Source of the DNA: Pavona decussata | Taxonomy: Eukaryota | Assembly (NCBI GenBank): GCA_977016875.1 | Contig: CDRNST010000064.1 | Coordinates: 496,001-560,000 of the forward strand | Direction: 5' to 3' | Length of the DNA: 64,000 bases | Shown: one piece after another, positions 13,201 to 25,400 of the stretch | How the letters are laid out: each line of letters begins with the position of its first letter | Numbering within the stretch: the stretch's first letter is position 1 | Made by a program: the position numbers and the translations under genes | The notes under the pieces: generated by a model | Told to the model about the DNA's origin: nothing | The model's database searches: none | The model's input: the letters and a program-made list of their open reading frames with translations, nothing else

Positions 13201-14186
13201 TTTTGCAGTTAAACATGGAGGTTTCTTTTTTGTAAAAGCGTCTGTATTGTTTGCCTACACCTGCACCTTGTATTTGACAGCTTCGATTCCTGAATTTACA
13301 CTTTCTTACGCGTCTTGAGTCAAAGTAATAAAAAGCGTCATTACAGGAAATATTCCTGCAAGAACAAAGATCATAATTCATTTGAAGCCTTACCACTGAA
13401 TTAAAGATGAAAATTTTTGTATAAATAAATCCCGTTCTTCTTCTTCTTCTTATTTTTTTTTTTGCCCGCTTAATAGTTATGATAAGAGATTGCGTGATAC
13501 TTCGTTAGTTTGCATAAATATCCCTTTAATCAGAAGCCGAAATCAACAGCAACAAAAGAGAAAATTGCATCGCATTTTGCTTGAATATTGTCGTTGGGTT
13601 TCTAACTCAACCATACCAAAAAGAGGTAATAAAAAGTAATAATAATCTTTATTTTGATGACTTTTTCATATAAAATATGGTTTTCAAAAAGGATCTCAAA
13701 AAAAAAAAATACACACAATTCGCAAAGACGTTAAAAATCTAAAATATGTAAAAATTATTAAAATGTACAAGATATTAACTGAAATTCATTCAAATTAAAA
13801 AGATTAATATTCAGAATCACGGATTGACTGATTGCCTAGCTAAGGGAGTCAAAATCCTTGATGGCATGATGTTTACATGAATTATTAGGTTTTACCTGAG
13901 CGTGGTGAATCCATCCATTGGCTGTGATAAGATTATCATCCGTCTCACATTGGTCATTAAAGGCAAAGTTGTTCAGTTCACAGATTTCTCCTGGAGGGAA
14001 ATAGTTGTAGGAGATGCACATATCGTGTTTGTGGCACTCCTGGACACACTGAAGCCAGTCAATGGATACAATAGTCTTAAACACATGGCCTGTGAGTAAG
14101 CTGTTGAGAACAGTAAAACTGTCTGAAGACCGAAGACTGGCGATCACGATGAATATTACGGTCAACGAGAGACATAAGCGAGCCAT
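10273..14186 (-). CDS. PAN/Apple-lectin gene copy B, intact, 241 aa (exons 14186-13896, 11225-11177, 10658-10273)
   Basis: All junctions are GT-AG with compatible phases (0, 1). 291+49+386 = 726 nt, open to the stop. Signal peptide + PAN + EIEVKRNTTELSKHRE linker + FADG...GILGSFSNGLVTNESWKC...GW...WPHA...AKWIWT...YCR lectin-like domain. Confidence 0.85.
12498..12795. repeat. Dispersed repeat, same family as 15610-15905
   Basis: Shared TTGGATA...GATAGATA...GCGCGTA-CGCCGA...CCAACAAG...ACAATGATCCAGTTTT. Confidence 0.7.
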
Positions 14187-15609
14187 TATGTAGTGCAGTG
14201 CAAATGAATAACGAGTTTCAGAAGATGAGATAAAAACGAACACCTTAAATGCGATTGCAGCGAGATGTGTTAGCTCAGTTGTGATGTCAAACAGTTTGTT
14301 TTTTATTGTCTGAAGATCTGCCTCTGCAGAAAAACGGTCAGTAACTTATTGGCACGTATCATGAAAATGTCAACTTCACCGCGCTCTAATGATGCACTGT
14401 GCATAAGGCAATTTCAATAAGGTTGCACACAGCTACCAATGTTGTCATTTAAAGTAAATATTAGCTTTTTAATTTGCTTTTTCGCAAGGTGATGGTGCAT
14501 GTGACTATAAATACGCGTTATTTTTTCCCATCACCGCTCAATATAAAATTAAAGTCTCTATTATATACGGCAATATTTTCCAGGGTGCAGCTTTTTTTGG
14601 AGGAATGAATGCACTCCTGTCAACTGTGTGTACAACCCATTACAGTCCACGTGTACAGTTGGTTGGCTTGGAAATCTGTTTACCTCACTTATTAAAATTC
14701 CCGTTGCCGGTTTATTTAATTGGTCGGTCAAAATAACAAACCAAAATGTAAAAAATCGAAATTTACAAATGATTAACTTAAAAAGGAAACAGAGTAAAAC
14801 CATGTCGACCCGAAAGGTCCGCGATATGAGAAGATATGAGTTCAACTTTGCAATAACAGGATAAGTATTTCTTTCTGAACGGATTTCGAGTGAAAATCGT
14901 TTATAAACTTTTGCGGGATTTTTACGCCTTTAACCAAATCTGGTGTATGTATTTGGCAGTTGAATAGTCGATACAGGTCACACTTTAAAAAAAAATTTAT
15001 GGCGGCCATTTTGATCATCAACCAAATCTTCGAGTTTGGAAAGGAACTTCCTTCACTTAATTTACTCGTACAATTTTTCACAAGAATAAAACCTCAGGTG
15101 TTTATACTTTGGTAATTACCTACTACATGAGTCGCTTAATGGAATGGCCATCTCCCAAGCTGTAGACGGCAAATTTCCTTACAGTACCAAAAAGAGTTTT
15201 AAGTTACTTAATACTCCTGTTTCAGCTTAAGAAGGGCGCCTTTCATTGGTTAACGGAAACGCGTTCTTTCTTTCTAACGGAATGTCAAAGAGGCCGAGAA
15301 TTCAGAGCTTTAAGAAATAAATGTGTCATTGTCCGCCTTCTTGGTTTTGTTCCCGTATGGCTGAAATAATTAACTGAAAATATCCCACTATAGTGTTATA
15401 TCTCTTGGTCTCAACCTTTATTTTTACGTTTAACCAATGTTTTAGTAAATTACACTTTACCACAAGTAGCGAGAGCTAATCGAGGCGGGCAGTGAAACAG
15501 AAAAAGAAATATTCAATATACTGAAGAGACAACACACTAGAAAAAATGAAGTAGTACAATAAAAGAGATCGAAAGTTATTACATTTTATAAAATGAATAC
15601 ATATATCTA

Positions 15610-15680
15610 ACAATTACTCCAAGAGCGCGCATTGGATATGATAGATAGCCAAAGAGGCGCGTAGCGCCGAGTTGGCTATA

Positions 15681-15715
<35 letters not shown>

Positions 15716-15905
15716 GGTTTTATCACTCGGCAAAAATAATCAAGAAATATTGCTAGATCTTGCTGACTTCGCTTTGCAAGAAAAACCAGAAGAAAATTTA
15801 ATGGTCGCTACTTCTCGGGCATGGTATAATGGCTCATACACCAAGGCCGCTAAGCCAATCAAATCCGTGGAATTGCATTACACAATGATCCAGTTTTAAT
15901 AAATC
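15610..15905. repeat. Dispersed hairpin-headed repeat (possibly a non-autonomous Crypton-like element)
   Basis: Homologous to 12498-12795; internal inverted GCGC..TTGGATATGA / TCATATCCAA..GCGC; no TIRs. Confidence 0.65.
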
Positions 15906-15915
15906 AATATGTCAG

Positions 15916-16154
15916 GCCCCAGTTGTTCAAAGGCCGGATAACTTTATCCGCTGAATAAGCCACTATTCAGGCTCTAAAATATACTTCATGTTAAACGTTG
16001 TCCAAGGTTTTCGTACCCTTCCAAACTTAACTGTGGTTAGAGTGTGCATATTCGCTTGTACAAGAGGAAATACTGAAATCTTTGCACAGATTGAAACTGT
16101 CGGATAGTGACTTATCCACGGGATAAAGATATCCGGCCTTTGAACAACTGGAGC
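15916..16154. mobile_element. MITE with 3 bp TSD (Harbinger-like)
   Basis: TIR GCCCCAGTTGTTCAAAGGCCGGATA / TATCCGGCCTTTGAACAACTGGAGC, flanked by CAG on both sides. Confidence 0.85.
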
Positions 16155-17374
16155 CAGCAGCTTTGAGAAAAGAAGTATGCGTAAATTATGCATATTGTAA
16201 TAGTTTGGAAATCAGAGTAGCCGTGTCAACACAGGCATCCTCGAGTAACAGAACCGTAAGTAAAAATTCGTGCAGTTTTATCTTAAAATTATCTTTAATA
16301 GTTTCGGAATATCCGGTGATATCAGGTGAATATTAGATATCTCAAGGCGAGCTTTCGAGTATTGTTGAAACTTGCTGACAGCTAAAATAGACAGCCATTC
16401 TACAGGAACACTCAAGTATAACTGATGTTTATTTGATCATGGCGTAAACGCAAAAAACAGGACTCAGCACTTAATGAAAGCCCTATTGTTCCAGTGCCAA
16501 CAAGGAAAACATTACCTTAGAGTTCCTTACGAAAGTCGAACCTGTAACACCGGCCAGTGCAATGCTCTAACCAGTAACCTCAATGTTTGGCCCTAACGTT
16601 TCTCTATCTTCTTTACTAACAAGTTCGTTTTGTACCCCTGTTTTAAATTAGCTTGATTAGATCGTCTAAGCTCTTATAGACTATCTTTCATATTTACTAG
16701 TATATTAGTATTATTTATAATATATGTGTAAATAAATCATCTATCATTTACCGGTATAGATGCCACGTTAGGTAGTTTTATAGCCTGATTTCATCAACTT
16801 AGCCTGTAGCTTACAATTTAAGAAAAAAAAATCAATATCTCGTGTACAAGAAAGTTATCCTTTGTGAAGCACGTATTTACTGGAGGCTCAGTCTACAATA
16901 AGCTTCGGTATGACCACCAGCCCATATCCATTTTGCTGTCTGTGCAATGCCATGAATATTACCCCAACGGCGATCATCATTTTCTCCAAGCACCACAGCA
17001 TGAGGCCAACAGTCGTCATCAAACTCCGGGGAATTCCATCCGGGATATTGCTTACTACTACATTTCCAGCTTCCATTAGTTGCCAGTCCGTTGCTAAAGG
17101 AGCCGAGTATTCCGTACATGCCGCCATCGTTCGTTCCAAACACTGATATAACTCGGGTGTCACCTGGATGAGGTAGGTACTGGCCACGTTCCAAACGCTG
17201 TCTGTTCCGAGACTTTTACCATCAGCAAACATCTCCATGTAGTCGTCCCCCGTGAAATATGCCGTCACGTCTAACAAAATGACAAGCTAAATAAATAAAG
17301 TGCTTTAAATTTTACTTTTAAAAAAATTAATTAGAGTAACCATTTTCTTCTTCTTATCTTCTCTTATCAAGTCC

Positions 17375-17812
17375 TCGTTGCACCACAGGTCACCAAAGCG
17401 TAATATAAGAGTTTCTATGGCGTTAAAATTAAATCAAAAACTAGACAACAATATTCCCACAAAAAACCCACGAAAACTATAATAAAGTCTGAAAAAGCTA
17501 GCAAATTTTAGCCAGGTTTTCGAAGTGCTCTCCTCAAATGACGGGTCAAATTTCATTCACATTCGACGTCAAGTATCCAACCTCAGTTTCATTAATATAA
17601 TACAGTGATGCACGTGGACCAGTCGCTGAGAGATAAACCGCTCAAAACGGCGTTTGGAAGCACTGAGAAGCCTTGAAAACACAGGAAAACACACTGGGTA
17701 AGCTATTTCAGACGTAACAATTTTTGTGGGAATATTGTTGTCTAGTTTTCGATTTAATTTCAACGCCATACAAACTCTTATATTACCCTTGGGTGACCTG
17801 TGGTTGCACACG
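17375..17812. mobile_element. MITE-like element with ~90 bp inverted ends
   Basis: 17375-17465 is the reverse complement of ~17720-17810 (CACAGGTCACC...AATATTCCCACAAAAA). Confidence 0.8.
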
Positions 17813-17869
17813 AGCAAGTTTTTTGTGACGAGTTTTATTGGAAATGAATAAAACGAGACCGACATTGAT

Positions 17870-18184
17870 AACCAGGAAAGATTTATTGCTCGACGTCATC
17901 GTGACTCCATTATCAAGAGACTAGTTAAAAAGCATGCAAATAACGAAAGGTACAAGATAAGCATTAATTAGAATAAACGGCCTAAACAAACACCTTAGCG
18001 CGGATGGAATCCGTTTGCACGTTCAGTGTTAGTTTACGCATGCGAATGTACAGCGTTTGTTCTGGCCGTTTATTCTAATTTATGCTTATCTTGTACCTTT
18101 CCTTATTTGCATGCTTTTTAGCTAGTCTCTTGATAATGGAGTCACGATGACCCCGAAACGTCGAGCAATAAATCTTTCCTGGTT
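17870..18184. mobile_element. Inverted duplication of a Penelope-like terminal repeat containing a hammerhead-like motif (18127-18165)
   Basis: Arms at 17870-17982 and 18064-18184. The right arm contains CTC-TTGATAA-T-GGAGTCA-CGA-TGACCCC-GAAA-CGTC-GAG. Confidence 0.7.
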
Positions 18185-19404
18185 TTTTATATGCCTTTGC
18201 TTCAGCAAATCCCTCTTGATCAGACCTTGATAACCATCCGTTTTATTCATTTTTAAATCGTTAATGCGCGCATGCGCAATGAACGAGTATTGGAAATGTG
18301 GGCAAAAGTCACTCGCTCGTTCGTTCCATCGGTCACTCGATAGGCTGTAAACTTTCAGCAATACGGCGTACTCTCACGGCTCGCTTAAGTTTCTCTCCTT
18401 GTTCAATTAAATATGCATTTTTTGGAGTTCAAAAATAAAAGAACAGCCTATATTAAGAACACTCCGCCAATGTATAGTCTTCTTACGTTTTTATTTTCGT
18501 GAGAAAAGCGCCGTGTTCAAAGATTGCTGTCCAAGTCAATGGGGATTTCGCGAAAAATGAAGGAGAAAATACGGTGGAGAAACGTCTGAGGGTGATCCAT
18601 GCTCATTCGCGTATTCTTCTTTGACGGTCCGAAGTCATTTGGCTGTTAAAATCGTTGCGTCACGTGTTCCAGATAGATAAACAACCTAAACAACTTATAA
18701 ATACAAAAAATTAATTTCTGTGAGTTAAGTCGTGCATGTTTGCGCAGTGGTACTGTGCAAATACGTAGATTGCGGGGGGGGACTAGGTTCAAGCCTACCT
18801 TGGGACCGAGGGAAAAAAATTGCATTTGAAAGCTAAGCACTCCAAAGGTTCCAAACAATTTTCAAAATTTAAAATAACTTCCAAAATACACAACTTAAGA
18901 AATGTTCCAAAAGTTTAGGGACCATGGCCCCCAAACTATTCAAGACGCTCAATCTCGCTGAGAGGAACGACTTAAAAAATCTAAACGGCGCCGAATGCGG
19001 CATAAATGTGCAATAAATGAGGGCGCTTATTAAGCCATTATGGCTTTCTTGTTAAATATAATATAAATTTCGACTCCTGGGCCAACCAAACGCAATGCAA
19101 ACAATGTTATTACCTTTTAAGGTAACACTTTATTCCTGCACGGCGTACACGCATCCTTGTAGCGTAGTTTGACGCAAGTACCGCTTTACGGTTAACACTA
19201 TTCAGTTCTGCATTCACGAGTTGGGTCACATGAGCCTTTAACCTACTCTAAATTGTCAAATGTTCGGCCTAATAGCTATGCATTAGCATAAACAACAAAA
19301 CTAGCTAGAAATATGTGCACTCTACAATTTGAAAATGCTCGGCAAACTTAGTACTCGCTGAAAATTTGATCTTGATTTTAAATAGTTCTTGAGAAACGAA
19401 CATT

Positions 19405-20135
19405 AAAGGGCCACACCAAACAAAAAAGGGTACGGACCCGCTAAAAAGTGGTACGGTACCCACAATTTTTGAAAGACTTGCTCGTGATGTTTTGGGTCCA
19501 TATAAACAATAGCCTTCATTTGGCGCGAAAATATGCTCAGATATTTGTCGGTGGACATTATCTGTTCCGAGAAGCGAACAGTTTTCCGAGAGCGAAGCTC
19601 GAGGAAAACTGTGAGCTTCGAGGAGCAGATAATGTCCAAGGACAAATATCTGGGCATATTTTTAATGCCAAATGGAGGCTATTGTGGTTATTATCCTTCA
19701 GATATTTTTCGCAACATGTAGCAACGAGCTTGAGTATTTGAGCATTTCGTTTAAGAACAGTTTACCGTCAAAAAAAGTTTTGAGCGTATGTTGTTTTCTG
19801 ATACTGCTTTATCGGCCAGCAGGTTTATCTCTCCTTCTGTCACAAAAGCAAACCGTCCCCCCATCTTGACATTAATTTTAATTGTAAACAAGACGCGCCT
19901 TGCAGTTTTTGAAATTGGGGAATATCGTCGGATATTCCCCAGTTTTAGCTGGGGTATATTTGATCACGTGAGGCGTTTAGACCAATCGCGCGCGAGCGAA
20001 TATATTTGATTGATTGTAAAGTCGGATATAGACCCAAAAGAGCTCGGGTATATCTTTACAAATATCATGAGTACCGTACCACTTTTTAACGGTTTCGTAC
20101 CTTTTTTTTTTTGCCTGTCATGTGAACGGCCTTTA
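19405..20135. mobile_element. MITE with a nested dispersed repeat (~19500-20020)
   Basis: Inverted ends AAAAAAGGGTACG..CCG.TAAAAAGTGGTACGGTAC / GTACCGTACCACTTTTTA.CGG..CGTACCCTTTTTT; internal hairpin repeat (GGACATTATCTG / CAGATAATGTCC). Confidence 0.7.
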
Positions 20136-20270
20136 AGAGTGTCAAGATTTTACAAAGAATGTATGGCTGTGTGACAGTTCTTGCTTCCAAGCCATACTTT
20201 CTTTGTAAAAATTTATAGCAGTTAAAAGCCTATTTCTTCGAGAGTACTGATATTCACCCTGATATTCACA

Positions 20271-20370
20271 CCACATGCGAGTCACCAGAACGGAGCTGTT
20301 GAGACCCTAATTAAGTCCGTCAGACAAGCACTTAACTCCACTTGCAAGAACGACGCCTACTCCGAGCTCT
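20271..20370 (+). mobile_element. BEL/Pao integrase sliver
   Basis: Translates as PHASHQNGAVETLIKSVRQALNSTCKNDAYSE, resembling the integrase catalytic-E helix. Confidence 0.6.
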
Positions 20371-22134
20371 TGTATTTTACGGTGTCCATTTCTTTGTAGC
20401 CTACTATTTCATATATGCTAATAAGACTCTCCTCTATTCTCGTGTGTGCGTCAAAATTTGTCAATCTCTCGATAATTCATGCTGGCGGAAACTTGCTAAA
20501 CAGGGTGACAAACTAAGTTAACGAAGTACATAAATTAAATGATCAGTGTCGCCATTTTCTTTCTCTTATCGTTGCATAATTTATTCGCTAACTACGCGTT
20601 GCACACGAGTAAGTTTTTCTTTGACATGATTTATATTCTTGGTGTGTGCGACAAAACTTGTCAGGTTTTCCTTGATAAACCATGACGGAAACCGCACTGG
20701 CTTCCTGTCCGTTCACGCATTCAATTCAAAATCCTCCTCAACATTTACAGAGTTCTTCTCGATCTTGATCCTCTTTAGAATTAAGTCCTTCATATAACAT
20801 TAAGGATTATAATTAAAATACATCATCTACAGCCAACCTGAAATTGTTTAAAAAGAACCAACTTTCCATATCATATTTACGTGAAATCATACGACCAGCG
20901 TACGTTTTCTGTTGCGGCACCCTAACCTTTAGAGCTGTTTACCGGAATGTATGAAGAATGCAGATCCTATGATATTACTATTTCATTCTTTACAAGCAAA
21001 AACAAGTAAAAATTGTTTACAATAGGGTGGCTCTCCCTGTAAAAATAACAGTAATTAGATACTCACGGTCTTTGGGTTTTGATAATTCGGCCGGATATCC
21101 TGTTTTCCACTTCATATCCTGTAATCAGAAAGATTTACAAAATAACCAAAAGTTACACCAATACACCTACTGTTTCGACGCCTTCAGATGGCACTCGAAA
21201 GTGGGCACACTCGCCTAAGCAAAAACCAAAAGAAAAGTAGGAAACCAGAGATATAATATGGTACACATCCAAACATTGTAAGTAATTGACTGAGTCCATA
21301 ACCGTCACTCTTGTGCTAAAACTTAAAGTAAACGCCACGAGTTTGATTAACATTCACTTTACGCGTAAAATGCGAGTTTAGTGACGGGATATAGAATATT
21401 AGTTCCCAACCTGTTTCCAAATTGTTGTTCTGAAGTTTGGTTTCCCCTGTGAAAGCCTCTTTAGGAAAACGCTTTTTGATTCTGACAAACCCAGACGTTG
21501 TCAGATTGTCATAGGATAAACCAGATATTTGAGAACAAGATTAAGCTAAATGTTATAAAAATTGAATACTGTGCTAGGAATTGAGCCAATTTTTTTTCTG
21601 GAACTCGCTCGGGATACCCTTTTTGTGCCACCTTACACATTCAAAGTAAAGGGGCGTAAAATTGTTAACACGGCGGAAAGCACAAGAAAGTCCAGAAGAC
21701 AAAACCAGCTAATGTCTAATGTTGAATCAACTTCGCTCAAGGAATTTTGTTCATTTAATGCTGAGGATTTTCAGTCCAAACTCCCATGCAAGAATAACGC
21801 CAAAAACTGTGCTCCTACGATTGCTGTTGACTGACAATTTAGGTTGCCCACCAAACAAGTACTTTCAAATTAACACAATCAACAACAAAACCTTATTCAT
21901 AAACGATAAAAACGTGAGGCCCAAGATGACCAAATAGCTGATAACTCTAACCAGCGCATAAGTCGCTATCTAGCAGGTAAAATGTATTGGTTGGAGTACA
22001 TTTTATCCAATCAATAGAGTTATCCGCTCTTCGAACAACCGTACAATAGAGCGTAATTTGCCGTGAGGAAGTTCAACACAGCAAACCATCAAGTAACCCC
22101 TCGAGACCTAAAATCGTATTCAGAATCTCTTCCT

Positions 22135-22483
22135 AGGCCCGGTTCAGACGGCGTCCTTCACACGAGTCGAATCAAATCCAAGTTCATATGAAGTACAGTG
22201 TCTGAATCAATTAAGAACGGCCGATCCAATTTGGATCGGCTCAGCCGAGAATAACGGCTGTGGACCGGCTTTGATTTAGACACCGTACTTCACATGAGCC
22301 CAATAAAATGCATAAATTGACTCAAATCCTCAAGATTCTTCAGTTATACTATGTTTTTGTGAATTAAGTTTGGTTGAATTAAGTTCGGTGTCTGAATCAG
22401 TTCAGCCGGGATTGATAAATTTGGGTCAGTATCAATTCGAATTCGATGCGGCTCATGCAAAGTGCGGCGTCTGTAATGGGCCT
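22135..22483. mobile_element. MITE (Harbinger-like)
   Basis: AGGCCCGGTTCAGACG...CGTCTGTAATGGGCCT imperfect TIRs. Confidence 0.6.
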
Positions 22484-25400
22484 CTTCCATGCATTCGTTA
22501 TAATCGAAAGGTGTTTACTAAAAAAATCATTTTGAGAGAGTCACCGAGTGACTGTAGTAAAACACTTGTTAAAGAAAATGCTTGTCACCGTCTTTACTGT
22601 GAAAATGCTTTTCACACATTTTTCCCGCAGGTGCAAATTGAACTCCAGTATCATAACAGATGGTATTTTGTGTATGCAAACAAAATAAAACAAATCACAA
22701 ACTCCTTCAACATTTCAGTGAACTAAGTAAACCAAACAATTACCTTCGAGCAAACCTTTATTGCAATTGGACTAAGATAGCGAAAAGAAAATAAAATTAT
22801 AGAAGCAAGACTTTGTCGAGTCTCACAATATCACATTAACTTGTAAGTTTGCTTATAAGAGGCACGACCATTGGGGGTTCATACACCTGAATAGCTAATA
22901 CAAGAAAGCATCCCTTCCTACTACGTTACTGTGAACAGCAGCCAAGGGAAATGAGTTTTGCTGCAAACTCTGACACACGGGAGAAAAACCAAAAAGGGAA
23001 TATTTCTAGAAACAAACAGCCCCCTCCCTCCCAGCCCCCGAAAAAAAAAAATAACGATAATAAATATGAAAGCAGCTTGTCACCCTCTTTACTGTTAAAA
23101 CGTTTTTATCACAAATTTTCTGTTAGGTGCAAATTGAACATCTCAGAATCAGGTCAGGTGGCACTTAATGCGTGACAAAAAGAACTCTTTTCATTTAACT
23201 ACGTAAACAGAAAATTTAAATCAGTGAAAGCAAGACTTTATTAGAAAAGATTAGTTTTAGCATTACTGTAAGCCATGAATTTTTTTAGGCAGTTCTTATT
23301 TTCTGAAATTTGGTGTTATCTTACTACCACAGCTATTAGACAAAATTTAAGAACGTTTTGATCCATTTTTTTAATGACATGAAAAGCAATCCAAGGTTAA
23401 CCTTAGCTTGCACGAAAAACGAAACAATTTTGTTCCGTATCTCGTATTCTTTTTGTCCCTTGACTTCAATAGTTTACTCTCAAAATGAAAGAGACGTCCT
23501 GGGCTACTGGAAAATTAAGTAGTATAAAACATTTTAGGAGAAAATTCCGGGCATTTTTTGCTGAAATTCTTTCTAGGAGTTGTTGAAACTATCGCAATTC
23601 ATACTATTGGTAGCCTGTTAGTGTGTATAGCCAATATACGAAAAATACTAGTAGAAAAACAAAAATCAAATTAAATAGCACAAATTGTGATATGATAGTG
23701 TCAGATTAACTTCAGTTACCGCAAAGAGATCTGCGATGACTTCAAGGCATAACAATTTAGAGTACTCGTGCAAAAAAAGCCGTGATTGCATGTATGATCA
23801 TATTTACCTGTGATGTTTCCAGAACATGGTAAATCCATCCACTGGCTGTGATAAGACTATCATCCGTCTCGCACCGGTCGTCAACGCCAAAGTTGTTCAG
23901 CTCACAGATTTCTTTAGCAGGAAAGTAGTTGTAGGAGATGCACATGTCGTGTTTTTGGCACTCTTCAACACACTGAAGCCAGTCAATGGACACAAACGTC
24001 TTAAACACATGGTTTTTGAGTAGGCTGTTTTGAAGAGTAAAACAATCTGAAGACCAAATGATGGCGATCACGATGAATATTATGGTCCGCGAGACACATA
24101 ACCGAACCATTGTGTGTTACAGTGCAAATGAATTAAAGAATTTCCAGACGATGAAGAAAACAAACCCTTTGAACAAAATGTGTTAACAAGCATTTTGTTT
24201 TCCAAGATGTTTGCTGCTGGTCAACTGTCTGTCTCAATCATGGCAATTATCACGTTCCTTGTTTTACTTCTTTTTGTTAATCAAATCTGCCAGCGAAGTC
24301 ATGGCTCAACTGTTAAGGGCAGGATACATTATGCCAAGTCACAGTAACAGGGATCGTGTTTGTACTAACTGCATTGTTTTGTATTGAAGATTAAAAAAAA
24401 GAAATCGTTTATTAAACATTTTGACATGTAACGTCATGGCGGCCATGCTGGTGGACAGGAAACATAAAATGTTTTCTCCTCTGGGAGTTAACTTCCATTT
24501 TTATGCAAACTATGTGAGTAAATTTTCTTTTGTTTTGTCCACCAACATGGCGGCAATGCAAACCACCTATAGTGCGGTTTTGTGTTTAATATAAAGGAAA
24601 CTTTTCATTTTCCATTGTGTTTAAGAAACATTGACACTCTTAATGATTTAAGGAAAGGTCTGAAGAAGATCTCAAGAAAGATGCTGCTGCCGATTACTGA
24701 AGCCACGAGCTATTGTTTTATCAGCATTGATTTTAAATTTTAGTCTAGGTTAATCTTAACTATATCAACAGTATCTACAATTTATGTGATAATTTAGATG
24801 TTTGTTATGTCAGCTTATGATTTTATTTAATTATTCTAGGTAATCAAATCGCTATAGATGGAACCTCTTGTAGGCAAACACCTCTCGTAAGCGACCACTT
24901 TTAGAGATGACTGTTTAAAATTTTCAATTGTTTTTAACCTCCCGTAGGCGACCACTTGACAATTTCTGTAATTTCTGTTTAGGGTTTCCTTAATACACTT
25001 TTTTTTGTCCTTTGTTGTGTTGTAAACCATTAAAGTATGAAAATTTTAATATATAGGCTGCGCATGGGAGGTTATGTCGTTTTCCTTTTTAAGTGGTGTT
25101 GACATTGTTAACACAGTTCAATTCATCCCTCAAGTGTTACACACTAAAGCTAGGGTTGTTTCGATATTCGCAAGTAAACCTTTCTCGTGTTTCCACCATA
25201 ATTTACCTCTTAATACTTAAAAAAAAAAATCACAAATGCAAATACAAAAACAAATACCCACGGTGCCGTTAGCCCAAGGATCAACACAAACGCGGTTCAA
25301 ACTAAAATGGGTTTTTCCAAAATACAAAATTCGGTTATAAATGCCCACTTTCGCATGGTATAAAAAGTGATTTCTGACAGGAACTTCACATACTTGGCTG

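Larger units (their letters stand above)
16877..24110 (-). pseudogene. PAN/Apple-lectin gene copy A (exons 24110-23808, 21118-21067, 17270-16877) with a 1 bp frameshift at ~17166-17168
   Basis: Canonical splice sites with the same phases as copy B. Exons total 749 nt (one short of 750). The lectin exon is split between ORFs 16888..17277 and 16877..17194 at LI/PG. Confidence 0.8.

Noticed and set aside
21153-21353. Extra exon of gene A at ~21214-21171
   Set aside because: It would leave a ~50 bp intron and break the frame. There is no equivalent exon in copies B or C.
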